Below are positions 18,716 through 28,979 of a stretch of 64,000 nt of DNA, in pieces (the first letter of the stretch is position 1; every line of letters begins with the position of its first letter). Below the pieces are notes generated by a model. It did not search any database and was not told where the DNA came from. It worked only from the letters and a program-made list of their open reading frames with translations. The stretch is from an uncultured Candidatus Binatia bacterium (GTDB lineage Bacteria > Desulfobacterota > Binatia > UBA9968 > JAJDTQ01), in the NCBI GenBank assembly GCA_965215605.1, contig OZ244070.1, positions 128,001 to 192,000 on the forward strand, read 5' to 3'. Position numbers and translations under genes: made by a program.

Positions 18716-19825
18716 ATGAGCATTGCAACAGTCGCAATCCTGGGAGCCGGCAACGGCGGGTGCGCCACCGCGGCGGATCTCGCGCTCCGTGGTTTCGAGA
18801 CGCGGCTCTACTCCCGTTCGGAGAAGACCCTGGAACCGTTGCTGCGGCGCCGCGGCATCGAGCTGGTGGAGGACGGGCGGGAGTCCGTCGGACAGCCCCA
18901 CCTCATCACGTCGGCGCTGGAAGACGCCGTGGCCGGAGCCGATCTCGTCACCATCGCCGCCCCCGCGGTGGCCCACGAGTTCATGGCCCGCGCCCTGGCG
19001 CCGCTTCTGACCGACGAACAGATCGTGCACCTGAACCCCGGACAGACCGGCGGCAGCCTGCATTTCGTGCACGAGCTGCGGCGGGCCGGTTGCGGCATCC
19101 CGGTGCGCTGCTGCGAGACCGTGACCCTGACCTGCATCTGCCGCATGGCCGGCCCCGCGCGGGTGGAGATCTACCGGCGCACCGCCAACCTCGGATGCGC
19201 GGCCTTCCCCGCCGCGGCCGGTCCGGACACTCTGCCCGAGATCGCAACCGTGTTCCCCAACACCGTGCCCGCCGAGAACGTGCTGGAGACGGGCCTGTCC
19301 AACATCAACGCCATCATGCACCCCGCCGGCATGGTGGGAAACGCCGGCTGGATCGAGCAGCACGGCGGCGACCTCCTGTTCTACCGGCAGGCCCTCTCAC
19401 CCTCGGTGGCGCGTCTCATCGAGGGAGTGGACCGGGAGCGGCTGGCCATCGTGAGTGCGCTGGGGCTCTGTCCGCGCACCTTCGTGGAGATCTTTCACGC
19501 CGCCGGCCTCACCTCGGACGGGGCGCTCGAGAGCGGTTCCGTCTACCAGGCCACCCAGGAGAGCGAACCCAACAAGACCATCGCCGCGCCCACCACCCAC
19601 GACCACCGCTACGTCCACGAAGACGTGGGCTACGGCCTCGTGCCCATGGCCGAGCTCGCCGCCCTGCTGGGCATCGGCACTCCCGTCATCGACGCCCTCA
19701 TCACCCTGGCCTCGGAGATGAACCGCACCGACTACCGCCGCGACGGCCTCACCCTGGCCCGGATGGGATTGGAGAGTGCAGGCCCAGCCACCCTCCATGG
19801 CATCCTTGAGGCCGGCTTTCCATAG
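18716..19825 (+). CDS. NAD/NADP octopine/nopaline (opine) dehydrogenase family
   Basis: GAGNGG, LNPG, ET, NINAIMHP, D.ERLAI, HRYVHEDVGYGLVP. Confidence 0.88.
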   Translation: MSIATVAILGAGNGGCATAADLALRGFETRLYSRSEKTLEPLLRRRGIELVEDGRESVGQPHLITSALEDAVAGADLVTIAAPAVAHEFMARALAPLLTDEQIVHLNPGQTGGSLHFVHELRRAGCGIPVRCCETVTLTCICRMAGPARVEIYRRTANLGCAAFPAAAGPDTLPEIATVFPNTVPAENVLETGLSNINAIMHPAGMVGNAGWIEQHGGDLLFYRQALSPSVARLIEGVDRERLAIVSALGLCPRTFVEIFHAAGLTSDGALESGSVYQATQESEPNKTIAAPTTHDHRYVHEDVGYGLVPMAELAALLGIGTPVIDALITLASEMNRTDYRRDGLTLARMGLESAGPATLHGILEAGFP

Positions 19826-19866
19826 GCTGGCTATCCGCACTGTCTGCGGCGCAAGCAGTTGGCTGG

Positions 19867-20103
19867 TCAATCCTCTTCACTCCTCGTCAAGACCGCCACG
19901 CGCCGGAACTCCGCGATCACGGCTCGAAGGGAATCGCGGTAATGCGCATGTTTGGGCCGCTCGGCGACGGCCTCATATTCGGCGAGAATCAGGTTGGAAA
20001 GGATAATGTCGTGCCACCGGACTACGTTGTCGATGACCTTCCTGCAGACGCCGTCAACACGAGATGCGGATACCAGGACGTTGCAGTCGACGACAACGTT
20101 CAT
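19867..20103 (-). pseudogene. Truncated PIN-domain toxin
   Basis: MNVVVDCNVLVSA..EYEAV..RPK start, but stops at 78 aa without the C-terminal acidic motif. Confidence 0.7.
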
Positions 20104-20393
20104 GCCTTGCGGTTTCGACGCTCTCGGCGAGAGTCGGCGATGTCGGCGGTGGTATCCGCCATGATCTCGTCTTCGGTGCGTCCGACGTCTTCGGACGACT
20201 GCGCCGCGGCCGAGAAACGGGCGGCAATACGATCCGCGGCCTTGTGCCGGTCCACCACATCCATGGGACGAAACAGGATGCCGTCTCCCACCACGGTGGC
20301 CTCCATGATGTCGCCCTCACGGAGGTTGATTCCCCTGCGCAGTTTCACAGGTATTGTGACCTGGAACCTCGGTTTGACAGTGACCAGCGGCAT
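20100..20393 (-). CDS. AbrB/MazE/SpoVT family antitoxin
   Basis: VKPRFQVTIPVKLRRGINLREGD; ATGA overlap with the PIN gene. Confidence 0.85.
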   Translation of the reverse strand: MPLVTVKPRFQVTIPVKLRRGINLREGDIMEATVVGDGILFRPMDVVDRHKAADRIAARFSAAAQSSEDVGRTEDEIMADTTADIADSRRERRNRKA

Positions 20394-20526
20394 GGTATAC
20401 CTCTCAGAAACTCGGGTTTTCGTATTTTCTAACAATCGAAGTGAGAACGGTCAAGTCAAAGCGGACACTAGCCCGGCCGTCGGCGTCGTCTTTTATTCCC
20501 TTCCCCTTTGTTCTAATCTGACCGCC

Positions 20527-21501
20527 ATGCACGCTGGCTTGTGTTTCGACGGCTTCTACTCGATCCAGGAGATGATCGAGCTGGCGCAACTGGCCGACGA
20601 CATCGGCATGGACTCCATCTGGATGTCCGACCACATCTGTTTCCGGGACTCCATCGCCTCGGCCATGGCGTTCCTCGCCAGGACTCCACGCATCAAGGTC
20701 AACCCGGCGCCCCTGAGCCCCTATTCGCGCCACCCCATGGTCACCGCCATGGCGCTGGTCACCATGGAGGAGTTCGCCCCCGGACGGGTAGCCGCCACCG
20801 CGGGCACCGCCAACCCCACCGCGCTCCGGGAGATCGGCATCGAGGCCCACCGGATGCTCAGGACCATGCGCGAGTACATGACGCTGCTGCGCCGGCTGCT
20901 GGCGGGCGAGACCGTTGAGTTCCAGGGCGAGGTCTTCACCATGCGTGGGGCCAGCATGGGGCTCACGCCCGGAACCGAGGTCCCCATCTACATGACCGCG
21001 GTTCGGCCGGGGATGCTGCGACTGGCCGGCGAGACCGCGGACGGCGTGCTGCTGTCCGCGGGCTGCACGCCCGCCTACATCCGGCGCTGCGTCGAGGAGG
21101 TGGAGAAGGGTGCGGCCCGGGCCGGAAAGCCGGCCAAGGGAGACGTGGCCGGCTTCATCGCGGCCTCGGTATCCGACGACCCGCGCGAGGCCATGGAGGC
21201 CACCAAGACCTTCCTGGCCTATATCTTCCGCAACAAGCACCACGCCGAAAACCTGCGGCTCGGCGGCGGCGCGGTGGACCAGGACCGGCTCGCCGACGCC
21301 ATCGCCCGGCGGGCGTGGGACGAGGCCAAGGGCCTCATCAGCGACGAAGTGGTCCACGCCCACTCGGTCACCGGCACTCCCGAGGAATGCCGGCGGCGCC
21401 TGGACGAGTTCGTCCGGGGCGGCCTGGACCTCCCCCTGCTCATGCCCTTGGGTACTCAGGAACAGCGCAGGCGTGTGGTGGAAATCGCCCGGGAGACGTA
21501 G
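20527..21501 (+). CDS. LLM-class flavin/F420-dependent oxidoreductase (Mer-like)
   Basis: SIWMSDH, PYSRHP, APGR, PIYMTA..PGMLRLAGETADG, GTPEEC. Confidence 0.85.
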   Translation: MHAGLCFDGFYSIQEMIELAQLADDIGMDSIWMSDHICFRDSIASAMAFLARTPRIKVNPAPLSPYSRHPMVTAMALVTMEEFAPGRVAATAGTANPTALREIGIEAHRMLRTMREYMTLLRRLLAGETVEFQGEVFTMRGASMGLTPGTEVPIYMTAVRPGMLRLAGETADGVLLSAGCTPAYIRRCVEEVEKGAARAGKPAKGDVAGFIAASVSDDPREAMEATKTFLAYIFRNKHHAENLRLGGGAVDQDRLADAIARRAWDEAKGLISDEVVHAHSVTGTPEECRRRLDEFVRGGLDLPLLMPLGTQEQRRRVVEIARET

Positions 21502-21567
21502 TGGTACGCCGGCAGGGGTGCAGGAGATCCGTGGGAATTCCGGAACGTGTAGAGAAACGGAGAGCTT

Positions 21568-22869
21568 ATGACCCAGAGCCTCACGGAACGCTTGAAGGAA
21601 ATCGCTGAACGGTCCGAGCGCAGGCTCCCCGCCCTGACCGACATCCGGCGCGGCATCCACCGGCATCCGGAGGCCGGCTGGACCGAGTTCCGGACCACCG
21701 GCATGGTGGTGAACCGGCTGCGGGAGCTGGGCTACCGGGTGCAGACGGGATCGGACTGCGTACATCCGGACGCGGTGCGCGGGTGGCCCGAGGACGCGGT
21801 GGTGAGGGAGAGCCGGGCCCAGGCCGGCGATCTCGCCAGGGACATCGAGGTCCCCGGGGCGGTGGGCATCCTCGAGCGCGGCGACGGCCCCACCGTGGCG
21901 CTTCGCTTCGACATGGATGCCACCGAGGTTTCCGAGTCCGACGATCCCGCGCACCCGCCGGTAGCCAAAGGGTTCGCTTCCAACAAACCCGCGGTCATGC
22001 ACGCCTGCGGCCACGACGCCCACGTCACCATCGGCCTGGGCGCAGCCGAGTTGCTGGCCGAGGACCCGGACTGGCGCGGCCGCGTGAAGCTGCTGTTCCA
22101 GCCGGCTGAGGAAGGCGGCCGTGGCGCCCATCCCATGGTGGAGGCCGGAGTGGTGGACGACGCCGACTATTTCGCCTGCCTCCACATGGGCGGGCCCACG
22201 CTGCCGCTGGGGGAAGTGGCCCTGGAGGCCACCCACTTCCTGTCGTCGGTCAAGATGGAGGCGCGCTTCCGCGGCGTGGCTTCCCACGCCGGGGGCGCGC
22301 CGGAGCGGGGACGCAACGCGCTGCTGGCAGCCTGCCAGGCCACCCTGGCGCTGCACGCCCTGCCCCGCAACGGCCAGGGCGCCACTTTCGTCAACGTCGG
22401 CGTGCTGAACGCCGGCACCGGCACCAACGTGGTGCCCTCCGACGCGCTCATGAAGTACGAGGTGCGCGGCGGCACCGACGAGATCTGCGAGCTCATGGAG
22501 GAAGGCGCCCGGCGCTGCCTGTCGGGCGCGGCCACTCTCCAGGGGGTGGAGGTCGACACCGAGATCACCGGCCGCACCATCGGCGCCAAGTCGGACAACG
22601 AGATGAAGGACCACCTGGCCTGGGTGGCCGGGTCATCGCCGGTGGACTTCCGCGTCCACGACGCCCGGCCCCTGGGCGGCGGCGAGGACGCCACCTACTT
22701 CATGCGCCGGGTGCAGGAACGCGGCGGCAAGTCCCTCTACTTCCTGCTGGGGGGCAGCACCCCCACGGGACATCACACGTCCACCTTCGACGTGGACGAG
22801 AAGGCCCTGGCCCACGGCGCCATGCTCATGGCCGGCATGGTGCTGCGGCTTACCGGCAAACATGCCTGA
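21568..22869 (+). CDS. M20D amidohydrolase (AbgA-like)
   Basis: HRHPE.GWTE, RFDMDA, HACGHDAH, FQPAEEG, GGED, HHTSTFD. Confidence 0.88.
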   Translation: MTQSLTERLKEIAERSERRLPALTDIRRGIHRHPEAGWTEFRTTGMVVNRLRELGYRVQTGSDCVHPDAVRGWPEDAVVRESRAQAGDLARDIEVPGAVGILERGDGPTVALRFDMDATEVSESDDPAHPPVAKGFASNKPAVMHACGHDAHVTIGLGAAELLAEDPDWRGRVKLLFQPAEEGGRGAHPMVEAGVVDDADYFACLHMGGPTLPLGEVALEATHFLSSVKMEARFRGVASHAGGAPERGRNALLAACQATLALHALPRNGQGATFVNVGVLNAGTGTNVVPSDALMKYEVRGGTDEICELMEEGARRCLSGAATLQGVEVDTEITGRTIGAKSDNEMKDHLAWVAGSSPVDFRVHDARPLGGGEDATYFMRRVQERGGKSLYFLLGGSTPTGHHTSTFDVDEKALAHGAMLMAGMVLRLTGKHA

Positions 22870-24085
22870 GATCAAAGTGGACGCCGCGGCCCTGGTGGAC
22901 CTCGCCGGCGAGCTCATCAAGATTCCGAGCTTCTGTCCCGACGAAACTCCGGTGGCCCTGTTCTTGCGCGATTACCTCTCGGACCGCGGCTACCGTGTGG
23001 AGTTGCAGGAGGTGGAGCCCGGCCGCTTTCAGACCATCGCGACCCTCGAGGGCTCGGGCGGCGGCCCGAGCCTGATGTTCAACGGCCACATCGACATCAA
23101 CTCCCTCACCCGGGGCGGCAAGCGGGACCCCTGGACGCCGTCGGTGGAGGGCGACCGGCTCTACGGCCACGGCGTCCAGAACATGAAAGGCGGCGTCGCA
23201 TCCATGATCACGGCCGCCGAGGCCGTCCGCCGCGCCGGCGTGAAGCTGCGCGGCGACCTGGTGCTGGCCTGCGTGGTGGGCGAGACCCAGGGGGGCGAGG
23301 GCACCCACTTCCTCATGGAAAGCGGCCTCCGCACCGACGCGGCGGTGCTGACGGAGCCCTTCGGCATCGGCAACCTCGTCACCGTGCACGGCGGCATTGT
23401 CCACTTCGCCGTCCATACCTACGGGGTCACCGGACACGTGAGCAGGATCGAGGATACGGTGAACGCGGTGGGGCAGATGACCCGGGTCATCGAGGCGCTG
23501 CGCAACGTGGAGTTCACCTACACGCCAAGGGCCGACCTCCCTGCCCTCCCCCGCCTGAACGTCGGCAGCATCATCGGCGGCCGCGGCGAGGGTTACGTGC
23601 TGACGGAGCCGCCCTACGTGCCGGATCTGTGCACCGTAATCGTGGATGTGCACTTCGTGCCGGGCCAGAGCGCGGACTCGGTCATCGCCGACGTAAGGCG
23701 AGCCCTCGACTCCCTGAAGGACGGCGACCCGGGTGTCGACTACGCCATCGAGATCCCACCGCCCGCCTTCTTCAAGGGCTGCCGGCGGCTGGTGATGGAC
23801 CCGCTGGACGTGCCCGCGGATGCCGCCATCGTCCGGGCCGTGGCCCGGAACCACGAGAAGGTCACCGGCTCTCCGCCCAACCTCATCGGCGCCCACCTGC
23901 CCATGTCCTACTCCGCCGGAGACAGTTGCTGGCTGTGGAAGCACGGCATCCCCTGCCTCCACTACGGCCCCGGCGGCGGCTTCCTGGATCCGGGGCCGGA
24001 CGGCAGCTACATCTTCATCAGCGAGATGGCGACGTGCGCCGAGGTGCTGGCGCACACGGCCATGGACGTGTGCGGCACGGTATGA
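22862..24085 (+). CDS. M20A ArgE/DapE-family protein with degenerate metal ligands
   Basis: FNGHID, LYGHGVQNMKGG, VGETQGG, TEP, YGPG. Confidence 0.8.
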   Translation: MPEIKVDAAALVDLAGELIKIPSFCPDETPVALFLRDYLSDRGYRVELQEVEPGRFQTIATLEGSGGGPSLMFNGHIDINSLTRGGKRDPWTPSVEGDRLYGHGVQNMKGGVASMITAAEAVRRAGVKLRGDLVLACVVGETQGGEGTHFLMESGLRTDAAVLTEPFGIGNLVTVHGGIVHFAVHTYGVTGHVSRIEDTVNAVGQMTRVIEALRNVEFTYTPRADLPALPRLNVGSIIGGRGEGYVLTEPPYVPDLCTVIVDVHFVPGQSADSVIADVRRALDSLKDGDPGVDYAIEIPPPAFFKGCRRLVMDPLDVPADAAIVRAVARNHEKVTGSPPNLIGAHLPMSYSAGDSCWLWKHGIPCLHYGPGGGFLDPGPDGSYIFISEMATCAEVLAHTAMDVCGTV

Positions 24086-24133
24086 AGAACCATCGCTTCC
24101 GTACCACTGCCGAAAGTAGGTATTAGCAACACC

Positions 24134-25051
24134 ATGAGCATCTCCGACAGCAACTACGAAGTCACCGGGGCGGTGGACCTGCACGTACACTGCGGGCCGG
24201 AGGGTATTCCGCGGCGTTTCGACGCGGTGTCGCTGGCGCGGCACGTGGAGCAATCCGGGCTCGGCGGCGCCGTGCTCAAGTCCCACATGGCGGCTACCGG
24301 GAGCTGGGCGCAGATGGCCCACGAACTCACCGGCGTCCGGCTCCACGGCTCCGTGGTGCTCAACCACTACGTTGGCGGCATCAATCCCGCGGCGGTGCGG
24401 GGCGCGCTGGGACCGTCGGCGGGCGGCGAGCCCTATCTCAAGGTGGTGTGGCTGCCCACGGTCCACGCAGCGGCCCATCTCACGGCCCGGCACCACGAAG
24501 GCGAGCAATACGACATCCCGCCCGAGTGGTGCGGCGGCACCGTCTCGGCCCTGGCCCGGCCCCTCGACGAGGTCGACCCCATCAACGTGCTCGCCGCCCA
24601 CCTGCGGCCGCCCCTCGACGAGATCCTGCGGATCGCGGCCGACCATGACCTGGTGCTGGCCACCGGACACGCGGGACGGGACGAAGTGTTCTACGTGATG
24701 GAAAGGGCCAACGCCCTCGCGGTGCGGAAGGTCATCGTCACGCACCCGTGCTACGATCCGCCGGCCATCGACGTGGCGGAGCTTACCGAACTGGCCGCTG
24801 CCGGGGCCTACATCGAGTTGAGCTTCATCCTGGTGGACATGGGCCTGGTGTCGTTCGAGGACACCGCGGCGATCTTGAAGCGGGTGGGGCCGGGCCGGAC
24901 GATCCTGTCAACCGATGTCGGGCAGGTGGACCGGGTGGCTCCCGCCGAAGGACTGGCGGAACTCGGGGCGGGTCTGCTCGCGGAGGGAGTTCCGCGCGAA
25001 GACATCGACATTGCGATGAAGCGCAACCCCCGGTTCCTCGTAGGCCGGTGA
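24134..25051 (+). CDS. DUF6282 family metal-dependent TIM-barrel protein
   Basis: DLHVH, LKSH, GGINP, WLPT, ATGH, THP, STDVGQ. Confidence 0.8.
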   Translation: MSISDSNYEVTGAVDLHVHCGPEGIPRRFDAVSLARHVEQSGLGGAVLKSHMAATGSWAQMAHELTGVRLHGSVVLNHYVGGINPAAVRGALGPSAGGEPYLKVVWLPTVHAAAHLTARHHEGEQYDIPPEWCGGTVSALARPLDEVDPINVLAAHLRPPLDEILRIAADHDLVLATGHAGRDEVFYVMERANALAVRKVIVTHPCYDPPAIDVAELTELAAAGAYIELSFILVDMGLVSFEDTAAILKRVGPGRTILSTDVGQVDRVAPAEGLAELGAGLLAEGVPREDIDIAMKRNPRFLVGR

Positions 25052-25135
25052 ACCCCTCTTCCGAAGGCCTCGACCCGTTGATTCGCAATGACGAAACCGG
25101 TTCCCGGAGATGCTCCCGGGAAGGCCGGAGCGCAC

Positions 25136-26308
25136 CTACCAGGCCATCTCCAGGCACTCCAGCACCTGCGACGCCGAGTGGATCTTCTTGGGGTTGTTGT
25201 GGGTACTGATGTCGTCCAGCGCCGCCTCGGCCAGGGACGGCAGCGCGTCGTGAGGGATGTCCAGGTCCCGCAGCCGTAGCGGCAATCCCATCTTGACGTT
25301 CATGCCGTAGACCACCTCGGGGGCCTCGGCCGCGGCCTTGACGTCGTCGGGCTCGCGGACTCCCATGACCCGGGCCATGCGGGCCATGGCCTCGGTGGTG
25401 CCGTCCAGGTTCCAGCGCATGGCGTAGGGCAGCATGAGGGCGTGGATGTTGGCGTGGGGCACGGTGAACCGGCCGCCGATGACGTGCACGATGCCGTGGT
25501 GAATGCCGGTCCAGGCGCTGTAGACGCCCATGCTGGAGAGGGTGGCGGCCACCTGCATCTCGCCGATGGCCTCAAGGTCGTTCATGTCCGCCACCAGCCG
25601 CGGCAGGTAGGTGGTGATGGGGCCGATGGCAGCCATGCAATAGGCCTGGCTCAGAATCTGGGTCTGGGTCGAGTAGACCGCCTCCACGCAGTGGGCCAAC
25701 GCGTTCATGCCCGACGCCGCCAGGAGCCTGGCCGGGGCGGTCTGCGCCGCTTCCGGATCCAGCATGACCGTCCGGGGAGACATCTTGGGATCGGCCAGGA
25801 TCAGCTTGTGGCCCCCTTCCGCCAAGCCCGCGGAGTAGCTGTACTCGCCGCCGGAGAACGTGGTCGGGATGGCGATGTGCGGCAGCTTGGGCGCCGGCAT
25901 GGGCGGCACTTCCTTCTTGTCCGGCGGAATGAAGTGGGTGGCCAGATCCTTGAGCGGGCGGCCCTCGGCCAGGAGCGCGGCCATGCCCTTGGCGGTGTCG
26001 ATGGAGCTACCGCCGCCCACGCTCACGAACGCGTCCGCGCCGGCATCGGCGGCCTGCCTCGCCGCCACGCCGATGGAATCCGTCGGCGAATGCGGCTTTA
26101 CGGTATCGAAGACTCCCACGCAGAGACCGCCCAGGGCCGACCGCACCGCATCCAGGAGGTACGTCCTGGCGATGGACGGCGAGGTCACGACAAATACGCG
26201 GCTCGCCTCCAGGCGCCCGACCTCGTCCGCCAACTGCTTCACCACCCCGCGGCCGAAAACTATGCGCTCCACCCGTGGATTGCTGTACTCGAACGCTGAA
26301 ACCGCCAT
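25136..26308 (-). CDS. Iron-containing alcohol dehydrogenase family (maleylacetate reductase-like)
   Basis: GGGSSIDTAK, IPTT, NALAHCVEA, HHGIVH, HANIH. Confidence 0.88.
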   Translation of the reverse strand: MAVSAFEYSNPRVERIVFGRGVVKQLADEVGRLEASRVFVVTSPSIARTYLLDAVRSALGGLCVGVFDTVKPHSPTDSIGVAARQAADAGADAFVSVGGGSSIDTAKGMAALLAEGRPLKDLATHFIPPDKKEVPPMPAPKLPHIAIPTTFSGGEYSYSAGLAEGGHKLILADPKMSPRTVMLDPEAAQTAPARLLAASGMNALAHCVEAVYSTQTQILSQAYCMAAIGPITTYLPRLVADMNDLEAIGEMQVAATLSSMGVYSAWTGIHHGIVHVIGGRFTVPHANIHALMLPYAMRWNLDGTTEAMARMARVMGVREPDDVKAAAEAPEVVYGMNVKMGLPLRLRDLDIPHDALPSLAEAALDDISTHNNPKKIHSASQVLECLEMAW

Positions 26309-27002
26309 CCGTCACCTCCTCGATGATGCGTGGGGTGTGAGAACCACACGCCGAAGGGCGTGTCAATCGCACTTCCTGACCGCTCAAACCATCGGGCGAT
26401 GAAAGCCGTTGTGCCACCGGTAGTTAGCCCGAGCGGCGCATGAGCGGCGGCGCCCGCCGCGCACTTGCGGAGACAGTTCTCGAACCGCCGCGCGGCTTCC
26501 AGGCGTGCACTATAGGAAGCACGAGGTAACAAATCAATCGGCGAGGACACGCGTATGGGCCGGCACACTACAGGCCTGCACTGTCGGCGACGGTGCGTGC
26601 GGCCAGCGCTGGATTCAGGCTCTGCAAGACGCTGCATCGGAAGGTCCAGGCGGCGCGGCTGCTGTGCGTCAAGCAACGGACCGCCGCCGTGGTCAGCTAC
26701 CGGGAGGTAAACAAGAGCGCGTCGATGCAGAAGCTCGGGGCGCACCAGCGCTCCGTTATTTCCAACGTCAGTCGGTCTGGTGCCTATATGCAATCCGAGC
26801 GGCATGTGTCCGACGGCACAATCCCGGCCGGGACGGGATGCTTCGATGCAACTGCCTTCAGCGAGACTCCTTGATCCACGGCCTCGGGCCATTGCATATT
26901 CTTCCAACACACATTGCCCGTCGATGCGGTCGGGAACCGGATTCATCTGGAACCAGAGGAGAGACGCGATGATTCGACGATTGATGATGCCGCTTGTGCG
27001 GG

Positions 27003-27898
27003 CGGTAAAGACCTTGCTCACAGCAGGCGCGGACGTGAACGCCAAGGACAAAGATGGGAGTACTCCCCTTCACGAGGCGGCAGCCGAGGGCGAAGCGGGA
27101 GCGGTGAAGGCCTTGCTCACTGCTGGCGCGGACGTGAATGCCAAATACAAAGATGGGTGGACTCCCCTTCACTGGGCGGCACTCAAGGGCCAAGCGGGAG
27201 CAGTAGAGGCCTTGCTCGCTGCCGGCGCGGACGTGAATGCCAAATACAAAGATGGGTGGACTCCCCTTCACGGGGCGGCACTCAAGGGCCAAGCGGGAGC
27301 GGTGAAGGCCTTGCTCACTGCTGGCGCGGACGTGAATGCCAAATACAAAGATGGGTGGACTCCCCTTCACTGGGCGGCAGCCAAGGGCGAAGCGGGAGCG
27401 GTGAAGGCCTTGCTCACTGCTGGCACGGACCTGAACGCCAAAGACAAAAATGGACGGACTCCCCTTCACGCGGCGGCACTCAAGGGCCAAGCGGGAGCAG
27501 TAGAGGCCTTGCTCGCTGCTGGCGCGGACGTGAATGCCAAATACAAAAATGGATGGACTCCCCTTCACTGGGCGGCAGCCAAGGGCGAAGCAGGAGCGGT
27601 GAAGGCCTTGCTCACTGCTGGCACGGACCTGAACGCCAAAGACAAAATTGGATGGACTCCCCTTCACGCGGCGGCACTCAAGGGCCAAGCGGGAGCAGTA
27701 GAGGCCTTGCTCGCTGCCGGCGCGGACCTGAACGCCAAAAGCAAAAATGGGTTGACTCCCCTTCACGCGGCGGCACTCGAGGGCCAAGCGGGAGCAGTAG
27801 AGGCCTTGCTCGCTGCTGGTGCGGACCTGAACGCCAAAGACGAAAATGGGGCGACTCCCCTTCACGCGGCGGCACTCGAGGGCCAAGCGGGAACGGTG
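27003..27898 (+). repeat. 99-bp coding tandem repeat (about 9 ankyrin units)
   Basis: ACTCCCCTTCAC recurs every 99 bp within near-identical units. Confidence 0.95.
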
Positions 27899-28181
27899 CA
27901 GGGCAACCTCGGACGTAGCATCGTGATCGACACGACAACGCCGGAGGCTTCCGAGTATCTGGAATTCCTGCGCAACCTGGATGACTCCGTGATCCAAGTT
28001 GTCAATGGCAACCGAAAACTGCACACATTTGGCAATCGAAAACTGCACACTTTCGAGAAGAGCGTCCGTGCAGAAGTGACGCTCTGCGGTTGGTTCGGTT
28101 CATGGGTCATGGTCTGGACGGAGGGAGCGGAGCGAGCGGAGTCCAGGCCATGACGGGTTGCAGATCGGCAGGACATGGCGC

Positions 28182-28979
28182 TCACAGGACGCCTCCCTGG
28201 CGAGGCTGCTCGTCGGCTGACCGCATGAGGTTGCGGTGTTCGCGCATCCTGTAGCTGTTGCCGCGGATGTTGACGATGTGGCAGTGGTGGAGGAGCCGGT
28301 CGATGAGGGCAGCAGCCATGACCTCGTCGCCGAGGACGCTGCCCCAGTCCTCGAAGCCCTTGTTGGAGGTGAGCACGGTGGAGGCGCGTTCGTGCCTGGC
28401 GTTGATGAGCTGGAAGAAGAGCACGGCGCCGTCCTGGGTAACCGGCAGGTAGCCGATCTCGTCCACCAAGAGCAAGGCGGGATAGGTGAGGACCCGCAGC
28501 CGGCGGGAGAGCTCGCCTGCGGCCTTGGCCTCCAGCAGCGACTCGATCAGTCCGGCCAGGGTTCCGTAGTAGACGCGGCGGCCGGATTCGGCGGCGGCGA
28601 CGGCTAGGCTGATAGCCAGATGAGTCTTGCCGACCCCGGGCGGCCCGAGAAAAATGACGTTTTCGCGGCGATCCAGGAAGCCGAGTTCGTGGAGGCTCTC
28701 GATCTGCTCGCGCTTGATGCTGGGCTGGAAGGCGAAGTCGAACTGGGCCAGGGTCTTCACGGCCGGCAGCCGCGACGAGCGCATGGCGGTCTGGAGGCGG
28801 CGGTTGTTGCGCAACCCGATCTGGGCGTCCAACAACTGCTCGATAGCCTCGCTGGCGGTGGCCGCCCCGCTGTCGGCCTGGGCCAGGACGTCGTCGACGG
28901 CCTCGAGCGCGCCCGGCATCTTCAGATCCGCCAGCATCGCCCGCAGCCGGTCGCGCCGGTTGCCTGCCTCGGCCCTCAT
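28182..28979 (-). CDS. istB: IS21 helper ATPase IstB
   Basis: FDFAFQP, GPPGVGKTHLA, VDEIGYLP, TSNK, DRLLHH, GNSYR. Confidence 0.95.
   Translation of the reverse strand: MRAEAGNRRDRLRAMLADLKMPGALEAVDDVLAQADSGAATASEAIEQLLDAQIGLRNNRRLQTAMRSSRLPAVKTLAQFDFAFQPSIKREQIESLHELGFLDRRENVIFLGPPGVGKTHLAISLAVAAAESGRRVYYGTLAGLIESLLEAKAAGELSRRLRVLTYPALLLVDEIGYLPVTQDGAVLFFQLINARHERASTVLTSNKGFEDWGSVLGDEVMAAALIDRLLHHCHIVNIRGNSYRMREHRNLMRSADEQPRQGGVL

Noticed and set aside
26400-26968. ORFs 26505-26972, 26593-26874 and the N-terminal extension from 26780
   Set aside because: No recognisable motifs or host-like codon bias; the best RBS points to 26969.
27003-27898. CRISPR array
   Set aside because: The units are contiguous 99-bp coding repeats with no unique spacers, and there are no cas genes.
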